Positions 12,936-27,271 are shown, counted from the first letter of the stretch. The stretch: DNA of 64,000 nt from Octopus sinensis (GCF_006345805.1 NC_043005.1:64790001-64854000); one strand, 5' to 3'. A program made the numbers and translations. The notes: generated by a model not told the origin, from the letters alone.

Positions 12936-13117
12936 TTTTGCCGATCCCATATTTTGTATTCATCCTCCAACAAGTAAGCCTTGCATGTCGATATCAACTG
13001 GTTAGTTATTTTAACAAACAATGATGTCATCCTTTCAGAGGTATTGAAATATTGGGAATTACAGTAAATCATCTGTATTGCATTCATAAGACTGGATATG
13101 TGGTCGGCAATTCTATT
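12936..13117 (-). CDS. DNAH5: Axonemal dynein heavy chain exon
   Basis: Acceptor ctttcattccag and donor AAAA|gtatgt, phase 0 to 2. Encodes NRIADHISSLMNAIQMIYCNSQYFNTSERMTSLFVKITNQLISTCKAYLLEDEYKIWDRQ; the YxNTSExxTSLFVKxTNQ motif is typical of DNAH5/8. Confidence 0.95.
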
Positions 13118-13420
13118 CTGGAATGAAAGAAATATTATTAGAAAAAAGAATAGCAGACAAGCTAGATGGGACACCTGATGACACACAGGTATTTCTTTAT
13201 CACATCTAACTTCAATAGGCAAAAATAATCTAACTCACATCCACAGGTTTACAATTCAGTGCATTAGTCATAAATGTGTCAAATAAATCACCCAGCCCAA
13301 CTTCTGTAACTATGATAACAAATAATTGAACAAAGTGGCCAATGAAATGAGAAATCTGTCGCAAAACACTATATATACCCTTAGGCAATCACAAGAATAT
13401 ATATCAGTTTATATAGATAA

Positions 13421-13809
13421 CTAGCAGTATCACCTGGCGTTGCTCGGGTTTGTTTCGACCCTTTAGAATTGGAATTTTTGAAAAGTAAAATTTTGCATTA
13501 TGTAGCTTGTTATTCTCTTTAAGTGAACATTTTTCTGGTTGAAATACACCGAAAAATGGCGACACAGCAGTCAAAAAATCGTAAAAAGTAGGGATTTTCA
13601 TAGAAAAAAAGCACCTTTTTGATGTAAATAATTTTTGGTGTTAACATTGTCTGATTTGAATTTTTCCTTCTATGGATGGAAGAGCAAGCCTTCTTCTATC
13701 ATACTCTCAATTTTGGTCAACTTGTGCCACAGGGTCACTGAGTAGATAGTGTTAGTTGAAGGCTACCAAACCTGCCATACACAGACAACTTCAGCTTTAT
13801 ATATATAGA
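13421..13809 (-). mobile_element. Non-autonomous Helitron (~389 bp)
   Basis: On the minus strand it begins TCTATATATATAAAG and ends with a GC-rich subterminal hairpin-like CCCGAGCAACGCCAGG followed by CTAG. Inserted between A and T with no TSD. Confidence 0.8.
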
Positions 13810-14360
13810 TGTGAAACTGGATAGCTGTAGCTGTTATAGCATTAGAAATGACGATAATAGTAATGTCTAATAGAGGTACTACAGGGCTACACATTTTGGG
13901 AAAAAAGTGTTCAGTTAGTATTAACCCAGTGTAATGATGTCTAAATTGGGCAAAAGACCTTAAATTTGTAGAAAGAAGTAAAATCAATTAAATTATTTCC
14001 TGTACTTGGTTTGTTGAAGGACAAAAGGCAAAGTTGAACTGGGTATGATTTGAATACCAAATTTATCGGGGTATAACTGAATGTACCATTAGACATTCTG
14101 TTTGAAACTTTACCATTTTAACCATCAGCTTCCTTTAATATTGTTATTGTTGTTGTTCATGATGATGATAGTGATGATAATAAAATTGTAATAATAATAA
14201 TAATAATAATAATCCTTTCTACAATAGGCACAAGGCCTGAAATTTAGGGGAGAGAGCTAGTATAGTACATTAACCCCAGCATTCGACTTATACTTATTTC
14301 ATCAACCCTGAAAGGATTAAAGGCAAAGTCAACCTTTAATGTCTCTGCCAGTTTGCTGCT

Positions 14361-14393
<33 letters not shown>

Positions 14394-14586
14394 TGATAAT
14401 CATGATGATTTCAAATTTTGAAATAAAGTTAGTGATTTTGAGAGGAGAGAGTTAGTCAATACTATGATCCCCTGCCACCAGTACTTGATTGACCTTGGGG
14501 GAATGTAAAGCAAACTTAATGCCAGCAGGATTTGAAATCAAAACAAAGAGGTAGAATAAATACCTCAAAGCAGTTTTGTAGCACCC

Positions 14587-14623
<37 letters not shown>

Positions 14624-15132
14624 ATAATAATAAAAATAATAATAAGAGAGCTGGCAGAGTTGTTAACAAGCCAGGCAAAATGCTTTGTGACATTTCTTCT
14701 GGCTGAACATTTTGAGTTCAAATTCTGCCAAGGTTAACTTTGCCTTTCATTCTTTGGGGGGGGGGTTGATAAAATGAGTAACAGCTGAGCAGTGGAGTGG
14801 ATGTAATTGATTAGCTCTCTCCGCTAAAACTTCAGGCCTTGGACTTATTGCAGAAAGAATTATTATTATTATTATTTCTCTTTATCATGAGGACAGAAAC
14901 AGGTGTGCTGTTGTTGAGGAGATGCCTGGCTACCCAGTCAGTGAGAAGAGCAAGGGAAAGTGTGGGAAACAGCAAGAGTGCAAGAGAGAGCAGGGGAGAC
15001 ATGGTGGTGAAGTGCCAGAGTATACTTACAAGTAACAAGGATAAGACAAATTTGGGATTGTAGAGTAAGGAAGAAAGAGATAAATATTGGCAATTACTAG
15101 GGTATGCCTTTAGGTACAGAGATCATAATATA

Positions 15133-16328
15133 CAGGGGTTGGACAAAATAATGGAAACACCTAGCATCACAGCATCATGATTTGGAAGTATCTATAAAGC
15201 TGTCAAAAGTTTGTTCATTTTTATGTTTTTTTTTATTTATTATTAGTGTTGCTTAATATGTTTTGCTAAAATTGCTGTTTCTTTTCAGATACCGTTAGAA
15301 AAAGGTAATTAAAATTCATTACAATGACAGATCTATCAGACTTTCAAAGAGGTCAAACTGTTGGTGCTTGTATGGCAAAATATTTGGTGTAGCAAGAAGT
15401 ACTGTCTCGAAAATAATGGCAGCCTTTGAGAAAGGGGGAAAAAACCTCCTTGGCGAAACAAAACTTCAGAAGAAAACCAAAACCTTCAGATAAGGACTAT
15501 TGGACTCTTACGCAAATTGTTAGAAAGGATCACAAAAGTACAGCTCCCAAAATTACTGCAGAGCTTAATGACCACCTTGAGAACCCAATTTCCAAAAAAA
15601 CTGTTCAACGGTGGCTGCACAAAGCTACTTTCAAAAACAAATGTGGCAAAGCATTAAGAGTGGAGTAAAATCCTATAGAATTGGTCCCTAGCACAGTGAA
15701 AGAACGTTATTCACTTGGGCTTGTCATTCTTCACCTTATTCCAACCACTGGCCAAGTATACGTGTGGAGACAGCCAAAAGAAGCATTTAACCCAGACTGC
15801 CTTCTTCCAACTGTTAAACATGGAGGAGGATCTGCAATGATCTGGGGGGTCTATATCTTGGAAATCTGCCAGCCCAATGGTTTCCCATCATGGCAGAATT
15901 AATAGTCAGGACTATTTAAACATTTAATCTGATCAAATTCATCCTATGGTTGCGGAAATGTTTCTGGAGGGAAACGCAATCTTTCAGGATGATAATGCAC
16001 CAATTGACACAGCTAAAGTTGTTACTGAATGGCATGAGGAACATTCTAGTGAAGTCGGACATCTTATCTAGTCACCACAGTCCCCAGATCTCAATATTAT
16101 TGAACATTTATAGTGCATTTTAGAAAAACAAGTAAGGAGTCGATATCCTCCACCATCATCACTATGAGAACTGGAGACTGTTTTAGCTGAAGAATGGACA
16201 AAAATTCCTTTGGAAACAATTCAAACTTTGCACAAGTTCAAACCATATTTTAATATGTGGTAGGACCATATATTAAAATTAATTTGTTTAAAATTTTAAG
16301 GTGTTTCCATTATTTTGTCCAACCCCTG
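15133..16328 (+). mobile_element. Tc1-family DNA transposon, internally deleted and defective
   Basis: Perfect 30-bp TIRs caggggttggacaaaataatggaaacacct with TA TSDs. Transposase relic from ATG ~15325 (DLSDFQRGQ, TVKHGGGS.MIWG, FQDDNAP, PQSPDLNIIEHL). Confidence 0.95.
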
Positions 16329-17902
16329 TATGTATATGACAAGCTTCTTTCAGTTTCCATTAACTACGTCCACTCACAAGGCTTTGGTTAGCCTGAGACT
16401 ATAGTAGAAAACACTTTCCCAAGGTGCCATACAGTGGAACTGAACTCTGAACCATGTGGTCGAAAAGCAAGTTCCTTACCACACAACCATGCCTGTACCT
16501 TATTGAAACTATTACTACCATCCATCATCTATCAGGAACAGAGACATAATCATTCTTCCTACATTTTTTTATGTTTTGACAATTGAACATTTACAGTGAA
16601 GTTGGACATCAGGTGGTTGTGTCTGTATCATTGTAGGAGACATAATTAATTTAGGTAATCTGAAATCATATTTTCCACTCCTCATCACCACAGGAACTTT
16701 CAGGAATTTTTTTCAAATGGAAATTTGTTCACTGCATTAAGTATGTCTGTACTCAAGTACACATTATTGAAACAAAATGCCATATCAGAAGCATTGGTTT
16801 GGGTGTTCGTCTTACATAAAAAGCATTGGCTTGTATGCTGGTACTGCTACTATGTAAAAAACACTGGTGATGGTGCCACATAAAAAGCATCCAGTACATT
16901 CTGTGGAATGGCTGGCATTAGGAAGGGCATCCAGCTGCAGAAACCAAATCAAAACAGACAATGGAATCTGGTGGGATGCCTGGCCTGGCCTTGCCAGTAC
17001 CTGTCAAGCCATCTAACCCATGCCACCATGGAAAATGGATGTTAAACGTTAATGACGATGATGTTGAATGATGAAGAGTATAAAAGTCGGCTGTAAGAAA
17101 CAAGTCAAAAAGAAAGTAACACACTTTACAAAGGAGCATACTTTACTTGAGATATTTGTTAGCATCAAGTTTCTAACACTCCTTTGTTACGCTCATTGTC
17201 AGAAATATTGGAAACCTGTAACTAACTGTATTATTATTTACTAATTGTTTCAAAATATATAAGTATACACCCTGTCTATCAAGTTTGTGACCACTCATCT
17301 ACTCTTATTAAAAATTATCTCTCCACATTTTCAATACTATATTCAACATACGGCTTTATTATCTTTTTCTCTTTCAGCTTTTTCCTCTCTTAAGCTCGCA
17401 GTTTCTTTTTTTTTTTTTTGCATCTTATTTTCCCTTTTCTAGATTTTTGCTTTCATTTTGGCTTATTCCACAATACCTATTTATTTTTACAACCTTTTTC
17501 CCCTCCTCCGTTTCCTTCTAATTTACTCTCATCAGTTTTTAAATTAATCCTTTCTCATATCCGTTACATTATGTTTGTAATACTCTACATTCTTTGTTAT
17601 TACTTTTTCCTCTCTTTTTCAAATACCGCATGAAAATTAATCTCTGTGTGTGTGTGAACATGTTTATAGAGACACAACATTTGCCTGTATGTGGTATGTT
17701 GAAATGTTCAATTAAACAGTATAAGAAGTTTATATAACAAAAATTTCATGACATAATTGAATAAATAAATAGTGAAGAAGTCCGTCATATGCATGCAATG
17801 AAACCATAATTGAATACTGGAAATTCAGATTTCTAATTAAAATTAGTCTAACGGAGCAAGAAAGTAAATACATTTCTGTAAATACACTTCAAAACAACTT
17901 AC

Positions 17903-18004
17903 AGGATTAGTTGCAGAGATTATCGGATCAAGAAATTTATCCAAAATATGAAGATATTTCACATTATCTCTCGCTTCATTAGCAACATCGGTAATACGGC
18001 CACT
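17903..18004 (-). CDS. DNAH5: Axonemal dynein heavy chain exon (not in the ORF track)
   Basis: Acceptor ctatttcag and donor CCT|gtaagt, phase 0 to 0. Encodes SGRITDVANEARDNVKYLHILDKFLDPIISATNP, containing the conserved ITDxxNEAxDNVKYL motif. Confidence 0.95.
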
Positions 18005-18317
18005 CTGAAATAGATATATAAATACAAAAGAATATACTCACACACACACACACACATGTACATATAAATGCGTATGCACTTTCACATATCATAGATAGAT
18101 ATAGATGTGTGTGTGGGTGGGTGTAAGTGAGCATATGTGTAATTTTTTTGTAAATGCAGTGTAGTAAATCGGAAAATTCTTTTGATTCATAGAATTTTGT
18201 ATACTTTGGAACTTTTCCCTTTCCTACATTAAAACAACAATTTCCTGAATTTTCCAGCAAATACATTTACAGATATTTGTACTCAAGCATATAAACACAC
18301 TGAATATATGAATGTAA

Positions 18318-18320
18318 ATA

Positions 18321-18351
<31 letters not shown>

Positions 18352-18368
18352 CTGTATATGTATATACA

Positions 18369-18402
<34 letters not shown>

Positions 18403-18497
18403 CAAATATGTGTATATATATATATATGTGTGTGTGTATATATATATATAAATATGTGTATATATATATATGTATGTATATGTATATATGTATGTAT
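18318..18497. repeat. Compound (TA)n/(TG)n microsatellite
   Basis: Direct inspection; source of spurious YI-repeat ORFs. Confidence 0.95.
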
Positions 18498-18977
18498 GTC
18501 ACCACATATACTTACACAAAAGTAGATACAAAAATGAAATATCAGAGTGGGCTATGTATGTGCGGAGATGTGCATTTGTTTTTGTATGTGGATGTGTATC
18601 TATATGAATAAATATTTGACAGTTGAATTCATATGTGTGTGAGAAAAGGGAGACGTACATATGACACTGACACGTTGTCTAGGCATATAATTTAAACATA
18701 TCTTCACCATATACACAGATTTACAAAAAAAAACCGCATAAGTGTACATATGTATGCATAAAATAGTTGCCAAAAAGTATTTTTAAGCATTACATGTATC
18801 AAAGTGAATTCCAAGATGGAAACAAACAAATCATGCAAAATAGGTTTGAAATATAATATCAACAGCACAGAGAAAGTTTACTTGGAACCAGTGATAGCAT
18901 TTCACGCTTGTTTTATTAAGTCAATTTTTGTCATAATATTGAAACTGCCTGTTTGAGGCAGACACTTTCTCTCTCTC

Positions 18978-19014
<37 letters not shown>

Positions 19015-20569
19015 TTGCTTCTTTTTTTCTTCCATGTGCATGAAGCCTTAAAGCAATAACAAAATAGTATTCTTTGAAGTTCTGTGTTACTACTGATTGC
19101 CGAAAGCAAAATTCTTACGAAATCTTGAAATTTATCAAGATGGAAAAATTACATTGCAAAAAAAAAAAAAAAACAGAAAAAAAAGAAAAATATCAAATAC
19201 GCAAGAAAATGTCAAAGTTGTAATTATTTTGATGTGTATCAATCAGTTGATGCTGAATAATTCTCAACTTGGAATGATTTGCAAATGGGGAAATCTAATT
19301 AATGACACTAAGAAAGGGAAGAGGACAGCAAAATGGTTGAATAGATAATGCTCAAACCTAGTGGCTCCCAAAGTGGGTGGTATTGCTCTCCTGCAGGCAG
19401 TGGAAAGATTCAGAGGAGCATTGAAGTAAAGTGGGGCAATAATAGGGTGACCAAAAGGATAGGGGCAGGGGGTGAGGGATGTTATCTCCCCCACCCCAAA
19501 AATACATACACATACCAAACCACCTATATGTACATATATACACTAAGCACACAGGCATAGGTACATGACTACATGCATATACAGACAAATATAGACAAAG
19601 CATAAATATATACAAATGCATATATATGTATATGTATTTTGGGGTGGTGATTTTCAGGATAAAAATTGTTAAAAAAAAGCTTCTACTCATGTAAAATTTG
19701 CACCCAAAAGTTTTCAGAATTGCCGATATGGCCAGGAGGTAAAGGTTTTCAATTTAGTTGTATTTAGCACAATTTCACTTACTTATGATGAGATTTTATC
19801 AAATTTTCATAAGATAGGAGTAATTTCTGTTTAACAGGTATCACATTGAAAGCTATTAAATTACAGAGTGTTTGTGTTGTTTATAATAAAGTTTATTTTA
19901 CATTTCTTGCCCATGAGATTATGCCTGATCTTTGACATACATCTCTATGTCTTCTCAAATCACGATGACAGGAAAAGTTGTTGATAAGAATTATCAACAA
20001 AAATAAAGCTGATAAATATGCACAAGTGTTGCAAAATTAAGTTTAATTACCAATAAACATCATCTTGGATGACACTTTACACAACCAACAGAGGAAGGTG
20101 ACTGATGAAACTGATTATGTAAACAGAATTCTGACTGGTCAAAACTGTCTTCTTGTCTCAAGCTCTGATTTTCTGCCTATTCTTGTTAGAACCTTTGATA
20201 CGGAGTATCAAAGCTTTAATTCCTTTCACACATAAAATTTCAAGCCAACTTAAAAATCTGTCATTACCATTTTAGCCGGGAGACCAAACTGACAGTTTGG
20301 TAACCCTCTAAAATAAACATTAAAAATCGAAAGGAGAAAATAAACAGCTTTGCAAGTTTAACTCAGTGTTTATTGAACAAGAGAGGTGTGAAATTTAAGA
20401 AGTGACTTGTTAGAATATACACGTCTGTGAGGAGACATAAACAAGAATAGCAAAAACCTACTATACCAAAAGAACTGGTAATACATACATTACAAGTATT
20501 CTATGAAGAGAACATAAGATTGCTGTATAATTCAACATGAATGTGAAACGGCATTAAACATCGTACAAG

Positions 20570-22600
20570 ATAAATGAAGGTCTTGCAAATTTTGCCTGCA
20601 AGTTAAAGGTTGGCATGAGGAAGATGGTACAAACTGCCTGTTTTTTCACCCAAGATTCCGCCAAAACTACAGGGGCCTTAAGGAGAAATACTTCCCTGAG
20701 GAAAGGCACCAATCACTTCCATAGAAAAAAACATACAAATGCAGTGCATCTTCAGATTTTATATACAAGGCTGCAGCTGAGCAAGTCTTTTTTGCGCATG
20801 GTGCAAAAGGTTGTGCAGCAGCTGACCTGGCTACATCAAGCACAGACAAGAAACCTTGCCCACCACTGTGCAAGACCACCACAATCAAGAGACACAGGAT
20901 GGCTTTCCCTAATGCCTGCACAGCTGTCATGCAAATATTTTTCTAAATAGTAGAGGCCTGTTGCATCATGACAACAAAAGCAAAATATTTTTCCTAAGAG
21001 GCCCTGCAGCATGCAATCAAGCCCTATGCATAGCACTCATAGAAACTCATCTGGGCCCTGATATAGAGGATGCAGAAGTACATGTACTAAAATATACCAT
21101 TCTGCAAACAGACAGAAGAGAATGGAGACATGGTGGAGTTACTGTATACATCCATGAAGATCTCACACCCCAGATCTTCCTGTCATACTCAAATTCTGTA
21201 TGTGACACTCTAATCGTATACATAAGACAGCACAATATAGTCATATGCAATACATATCACCCACCTGATGCTCCAAAACACATAAGCAAGTTTGAAGATT
21301 GCCTCACAAGAATTAAAGAAATCCTCATGAAACTGGAAGACCATGTGAACATATTTCTTGTGGGTGATTTCAACTTCCCCAATGTCAAATGGCCTGAAGG
21401 CCTCATGATCTCAGAAATGACTCATTGCAAACAAGCACAGGTGGAGTCCCTGTGCAACATCACCAATGCCCTATTCATGGGGCAAGTTGTACTCAGACCA
21501 ACTAGGGAGATTAACATTTTGTATCTCTGCTTCACAAACAATATGGACATCGTTCATGATGTGAAAGTGATGCCAACATTAGTTTCAGATCACAACATAA
21601 TAGAGCTGTCTATGTATGGACCAAATGTAGCCAGAGACACACAGCCTAAAGGAAGCAGCCAAAATCTTTCCAATCTGAATTTCCTTAAAGCAAACTGGAA
21701 ATCGATACAAAAAGAGATCCTCAACAGAACTGGCCAAAATGTCCCTTCACACCAGACATTGGCATGAAACTAGAATATTTCATGTCTGTTATGCAAACCA
21801 CATGTCAGAAATATGTCCCAGAGCACAAGGCCAACAGAAAAGGAACAAGATTCCAATGGAAAGGAAGATCCTCATGAGATGACGGACAAAGGTCACTTCA
21901 ACCAACAATTCAAAAAGTAGTGAAAGGTCCTGCCTAAAAAACAACACTGATAGAGATTAAAAAAGCATGCAACAATCCTATGTGAGGGAGAGAGCAGACA
22001 AAGAAGCCTGGGTTATAAAAAACATTAAGTCAAATCCAAAAACCTTTTTTCATTATGCTAAAAAACAGCCTCAGTACACTGCAAAATAGGACCCCTCTTC
22101 AAAAAGGATGGCTCCCTCACAGATAGTCCAACCAGGATCAGTGAGGTACTAAATGACCAGTTCAAAAGAGTATTTACCACCCCATTGGAACACAGACAAG
22201 TGAATGAACCAGTGGATTTCTTTGCTGCCTCTCCTATAATCAGCGAGGCAGTTATGATGGATTACATCGACATTAGCGAAGAAGATATACTACTGGCCAT
22301 AGATGAGGTAGATGCAAACTCAACTGCTGGTCCTGATGGTTTCCCAGCAATCCTTCTCAAATCGTGTAAGCATGTCTTGGCGAAACCTCTACAGATTCTC
22401 TTCCTGAGCTTTCTTGCAAATCACAGGCTGCCAAGCAAACTGAAGGAGGGGATAATATAGCCAATCCATAAAGGAGGAAGCAGAGCAGACCCAAAAACTA
22501 TAGGCCTATCTCTCTGACTTCACACATCAGCAAAGTCATGGAACGGATAGTCAGAGGGAAACTAATTGCATTCCTTGAAGAAAACAACTTACCAAGTAAT
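20570..22600 (+). mobile_element. CR1-like LINE fragment (ORF1 remnant, AP endonuclease, start of RT)
   Basis: ORF 20961-21767 has IETHL, GGVTVYI, GDFNFP.V.W, PTRE.NILYLCFTN, SDHN. Downstream: AGPDGFPAILLKSC, YRPISLTSH.SKVMERIV. Truncated at ~22600. Confidence 0.88.
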
Positions 22601-22759
22601 ATTTGAAAATTTATATCTTTTCCACTACCCACTTCCCAATCCACCCTCCAGACCAATTTAAGCCATTTTGTTTTTTCGCACTACACACCTAAAAATGTAT
22701 TTTAGAAACAAATACTGTCAACATGATCTAGTTAAGGTTAAAGGTGCAACATTTCTTAT

Positions 22760-22990
22760 TTCTTTATTGCCCACAGGGGTCTAAACATAGAGGGGACAAA
22801 CAAGGACAGACAAATGGATTAAATCGATTACATCAACCCAGTGTGTAACTGGTACTTAATTTATCAACCTCAAAAGGATGAAAGGCAAAGTCGACCTTGG
22901 CGGAATTTGAACTCAGAATGTAATGGCAGACGAAATACCGCTAAGCATTTCACCCAGTGTGCTAACATTTCTGCCAGCTCACCGCCTTTC
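22760..22990 (-). mobile_element. tRNA-derived SINE, family C (octopus OK-like)
   Basis: Minus-strand head aggcggtgagctggcagaaa...gttctgagttcaaattcc. Other copies at 7335-7495 (+), 14215-14850 cluster, 28035-28245, 37045-37230, 39340-39545, 40900-41120. Confidence 0.8.
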
Positions 22991-23052
22991 TTATGTTATG
23001 AAATGTTCTTATGTAATAAGAAACATTTCTTATGTAATGAGAAACTATGTTA

Positions 23053-23160
23053 CAACACCTGAAGAGATGCTTCTGCACTGTAGGATGCACCATCATGCAT
23101 TGTATAGTTTCCCACCCATGAGAGGTCAATGCAGGATGTGTCGAAACGATCGTTGAGATA
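23053..23160 (+). ncRNA. Degenerate type I hammerhead ribozyme
   Basis: CUGAAGA-GAUGC...GUGUC-GAAA-CGAUCG-UU: core intact, palindromic stem III ACGAUCGU, stem I mismatched. Confidence 0.55.
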
Positions 23161-25997
23161 AATAAAGTTTTCAGTATACTCTATCTTCTATATCCATTGT
23201 TTTCTACTATATTCAATGTACACTGAAGAATTCCTAATGTAGATCCAGTGATGATTGTTCAATTACTGTGGATGACACTAGATAGCCATAAACAGTGAAC
23301 GTGCTTTGTCAGCATATTACTAGGGACATATCCAACATGCAAAGTTTAATTTTAACTTTATATGTGTGTGTGAGTGTACATTTGTTTTTATGTTAATATA
23401 TGTATATAAAAATGTTTTAATCAAGCTGAACAATTACTCAATACTTTATAGAGTACATAGTTATAAACTTTTACAGAGACTGCGAAATTTCAGCTTGCTT
23501 ACTTTGATCAGGCTATGATACACTTATGCAATTTTAGACTTTATGTAATCTTAGGCAAGTTGTATTTTAGAGATCGATTGAACTAATTGAATGATAATTA
23601 GGTATGGAGTAGGTAAACCAAGGAAGTAGTCATGTTGGATAGGAACAAAGGAGGATAGGAAGAAAGTATGTGTTTGTAGGATGTGGCTTGAGAGAAAGTT
23701 ATGGTTGTAAGATTTATTTTAGTTTGCTGTAGGAAATTTTGTCAAATTCATGTCATAACATTTAGCTTTTGTTGTGATCTGGGGATCAGAAAATAATGTT
23801 TGTAGAGAAATCAGTAGATCACACACTATAGGTAAGACTGTCCAAGAAGGTAATAACAGGGAGTATGGAGACAGAAGAATCAGCAGCCATGGTTAAAAAT
23901 AGTAAGAGCATGAAGAGGCAGCAATAGATGGATACAGACATGAAGTGGAGGAGGACAATGAAAAGAATGATGAATGGATGTAAATTGGGAATAGCTTGGG
24001 GGGGGGGGAAGAAGTGGTGTCAGACAATTCAGGAATGGTAATATGATACAATTTGTATAAATAGGAATAATGATATGCACATGAGGTGCAGGGTGTGGAG
24101 AATGAATGAGAGACAGATAAAACAATGGTCAGTGAACAATGATAAAAATTCTGATAAATAAGACTGTTGTGATTTTCATTTTGCAAAAATTCTTCCTGAT
24201 GAAATGACTTCTACAACACATCCAGCTAAATTGATTATGCATTTTTTTATTAACTATGTATTGTGTAATAATTATGTAGTTGATAACATCTTCACCTGAA
24301 TAACAGAAACAGCTGAAGAGCAAAACAAATAAAATGTTTGAAACTTCATTGAGATCAAATGTTTTCTCTCCTTTTAAGTATACACCCCACCACACACACA
24401 CACACACACACACACACAAATATATATATATATATACACACATGTATGTATATTCATATGTATGTATGTTTGTATGTATGTATGTAAAGTTAATCCAAAC
24501 CTGAAAACACAAAGAGAAAAACACAACAACGTGAGGATGTGGAATAAGTATATTATTATTGGACGCTCAGGAAAGAAGGAAAGATGGAGGGTTTAACGTT
24601 TCAAGTGGAACTCTTTGTTAGAAACATAGGAAAAGGAAAGATCCAAAGAAGGGAAGACGGAGGGAAAAAAAATCGCCAATGGTACACACGCGGTCACATT
24701 TTGAATGTAATGTAATGTAATGTAATGTATGTATGTATGTATGTATGTATAGGCATGGCTGTGGGGTTAAGAAGTGTGCTTCTCAATTATGTGTTTTCAG
24801 GTTCAGTCCCACAGCACAGTGCCTAGGATGTCTTATTGTGGACCCAGGATAACCTATGACTTGTGAGTGAAGTTTGTAAATGAAAACTAAAAAAAGCCAG
24901 TCTTGTGTGAGTGAATGTGTGTGTGTGTGTGTGTGTGCACACACGCATATGCATGTCTGTTTGTGTTTATTCAATGAAAGATGCTTGCTTCATGCTTTTA
25001 AGGACTACACATATATGCATGTGTATATGTGTGTAATGAGCCTTCTGCCTAGTTTTTAACTTTCTTACTAAAATTCCATGTTTAAAACCACAACTTAATT
25101 ATTTTTCTTTAAAAGGCAGCTAATATAAATTAACTGTATCACTATAAAAGGCATCATCATTTAAATGGACATGGTTTGACCAATCAACATTAGCTGATAT
25201 GTAACCAATAAAGTGGTATACTTGAAAGGAAGAGAGTTGTGTGAAATTCTGACCAAATTGTTTTACAAAAGGTTCTAGAAGCTTTGTTGAAAGTTATAAA
25301 AAGCTGGAATATTGAACTTCATGACAGAACAACCTCAAGCACTACACAGTACTCTTGTCACTCAGTTTCATGATGTGTTCTCACTTTTTCAATTTGTTCT
25401 GCAAATAACATCTATGAACAATTAATATATAATTAACTAAACAGGTTGACAGAGTTTGAAAATACTCTGATATTAATGAGCTAAAAAAATTAAATAATAA
25501 AGAATTGAATAATAATTACAAAGTGTTATCATCGTGTAACTCTTGTCAGCTCTGATCAAACAAACCTATTGTCTGTAGGTAATTTGTAAAACAACTGGGT
25601 ATAAACAACAGGAGTTGTAGGGACTATATTATACCCTGTAATGTTTTAAATAATGCATTATATTTTGGCAGTTTGGGTATGGTGCAATCCCTGTCAATGT
25701 GCAGTCTTTTCCTGCATGTTTGTAGATTCTTATGGTGAGCACACTATAGACACTATAGACACTATGGATTTAGTATAACTATTGCTGTTTGTCTGCGAGT
25801 GTATCTGATGATGTAGCCACAACACAGTGATTAGTTCTATAATGTTGTTGCTGCATTTGTAAGCATGTGCTTGTTTGTGTTTGTCTGCACATGGAATAAC
25901 AGTTATCATTAAACAGCTTCATACTCAAATTCTAAAATATTCTAAATGTTTCTGAGAGTGATTAAACATGTGGCAAGGATTGAGTGGGTTGAAGTTT

Positions 25998-26345
25998 ACT
26001 CATCATCATCATCATCATAATAATAATTTAACGTCCGTTTTCCATGCTAGCATGGGCTGGATGGTTCGACTGGGGTCTGCGAAGCCAGGAGGCTGCACCA
26101 GGCTCCAGTCTGATCTGGCAGTGTTTCTACAGCTTTATGCCTTTCCTAATGCCAATCACTCCATGAGTATAGTGGGTGCTTTTTAGGTGCCACTGGCACA
26201 GGGGCCAGAGCAGGCTGGCAACAGCCATGATTAGTTGGTGCTTTTTACTTGCCAGCAGCATGGAAGCCAGTCAAGTCTGTTCTGGAAATTGGCCACGTTC
26301 GGATGGTGCTTTTTACATGCCAGCAGCACGGGGGATCACAACTAC
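25998..26345 (-). mobile_element. SINE family B
   Basis: Homolog of 6335-6740. Confidence 0.8.
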
Positions 26346-26681
26346 AATTTCCACTTGATTTTCATTTTGACATTGATGTACTTGACTCAATAGGTCTCCT
26401 CAAGCACAGCATGTCACCCTATGACCAAGGTACCTTTGAATGGACAGGGGCTGGTTATGCAAAACTGGTGTAGGATACAGCCATGAACTCACTATATTTG
26501 CTAGGATGAAATCTACTAGCTAGCATGTCTTTTGTTTGAATAATTTGTATTTCATTAGGTTAGGTGGTCTGTGAGTGTGATATATATGAAGCCAGTGATA
26601 ATGCAATGTATATTATTTTGTACTTTATAATTTGTTATTTAATTGTATATATTGTTTATATAACATATTTATGTACATTAC

Positions 26682-26775
26682 CAATTCAATCCACTTTTTA
26701 ATCAGTTTAGATTTGGCTGCTTGTAGAATAGTCATAACTGACTTCGCTTCCTTACTTTTCAACTGTTCCAGAACA
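26682..26775 (-). CDS. DNAH5: Axonemal dynein heavy chain exon (not in the ORF track)
   Basis: Acceptor tttaatttcag and donor TTG|gtaatg, phase 2 to 0. Encodes (N)VLEQLKSKEAKSVMTILQAAKSKLIKKWIEL, similar to [28 protein letters not shown]. Confidence 0.93.
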
Positions 26776-27050
26776 CTGAAATTAAAAATTAAGCAGTTAA
26801 ACAGCTGTCAGAAGAATCCAGCCATAATAATACCTCTGTTATATACATTCCTGATACACTTTCTTATGTTGCTAATGTCATTGGGAGAAGTATAGATATA
26901 TCATGTTCTTCACCATAAATCTGTAGCCTTTGAGAATATGTAAAAATGCATTATTCATATGTAAGTAACATACAGATATAAAAGGCTGAGTTTATATGAT
27001 GTTTCAGTGCTGCATGTTTGTATAGTGGAGAGGTGCAGCTTAAGGTTTAA

Positions 27051-27271
27051 CCCTTTCATTACCAAACCGGCTGAAACCGGCTCTGGCTCTGTAGTACAAA
27101 TATCTTGTTTTCAAAAGTTCTGAACTAAAATCTTCCACCAAACCTTAGTTACAATTTATGTTCCTAACACTAGCTTAATGATAACTAAGTTATTTTACTA
27201 AATTCTTTGTTATATTTAAAGTAATTGAAAGAAACACAGAGCATCTCAAAATAAATACAGTAACGAAAGGG
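27051..27271 (+). mobile_element. piggyBac-like MITE, family 1 (~221 bp)
   Basis: TTAA TSDs (27047-50, 27272-75) and CCCTTTC.TTAC TIRs; homologous to copies at 36541 and 37239. Confidence 0.85.

Noticed and set aside
12681-12963. Poly-Y, poly-L and poly-V ORFs, and the many YI/HT/VC-repeat ORFs elsewhere in the track
   Set aside because: Translations of microsatellites; no splice context or homology.
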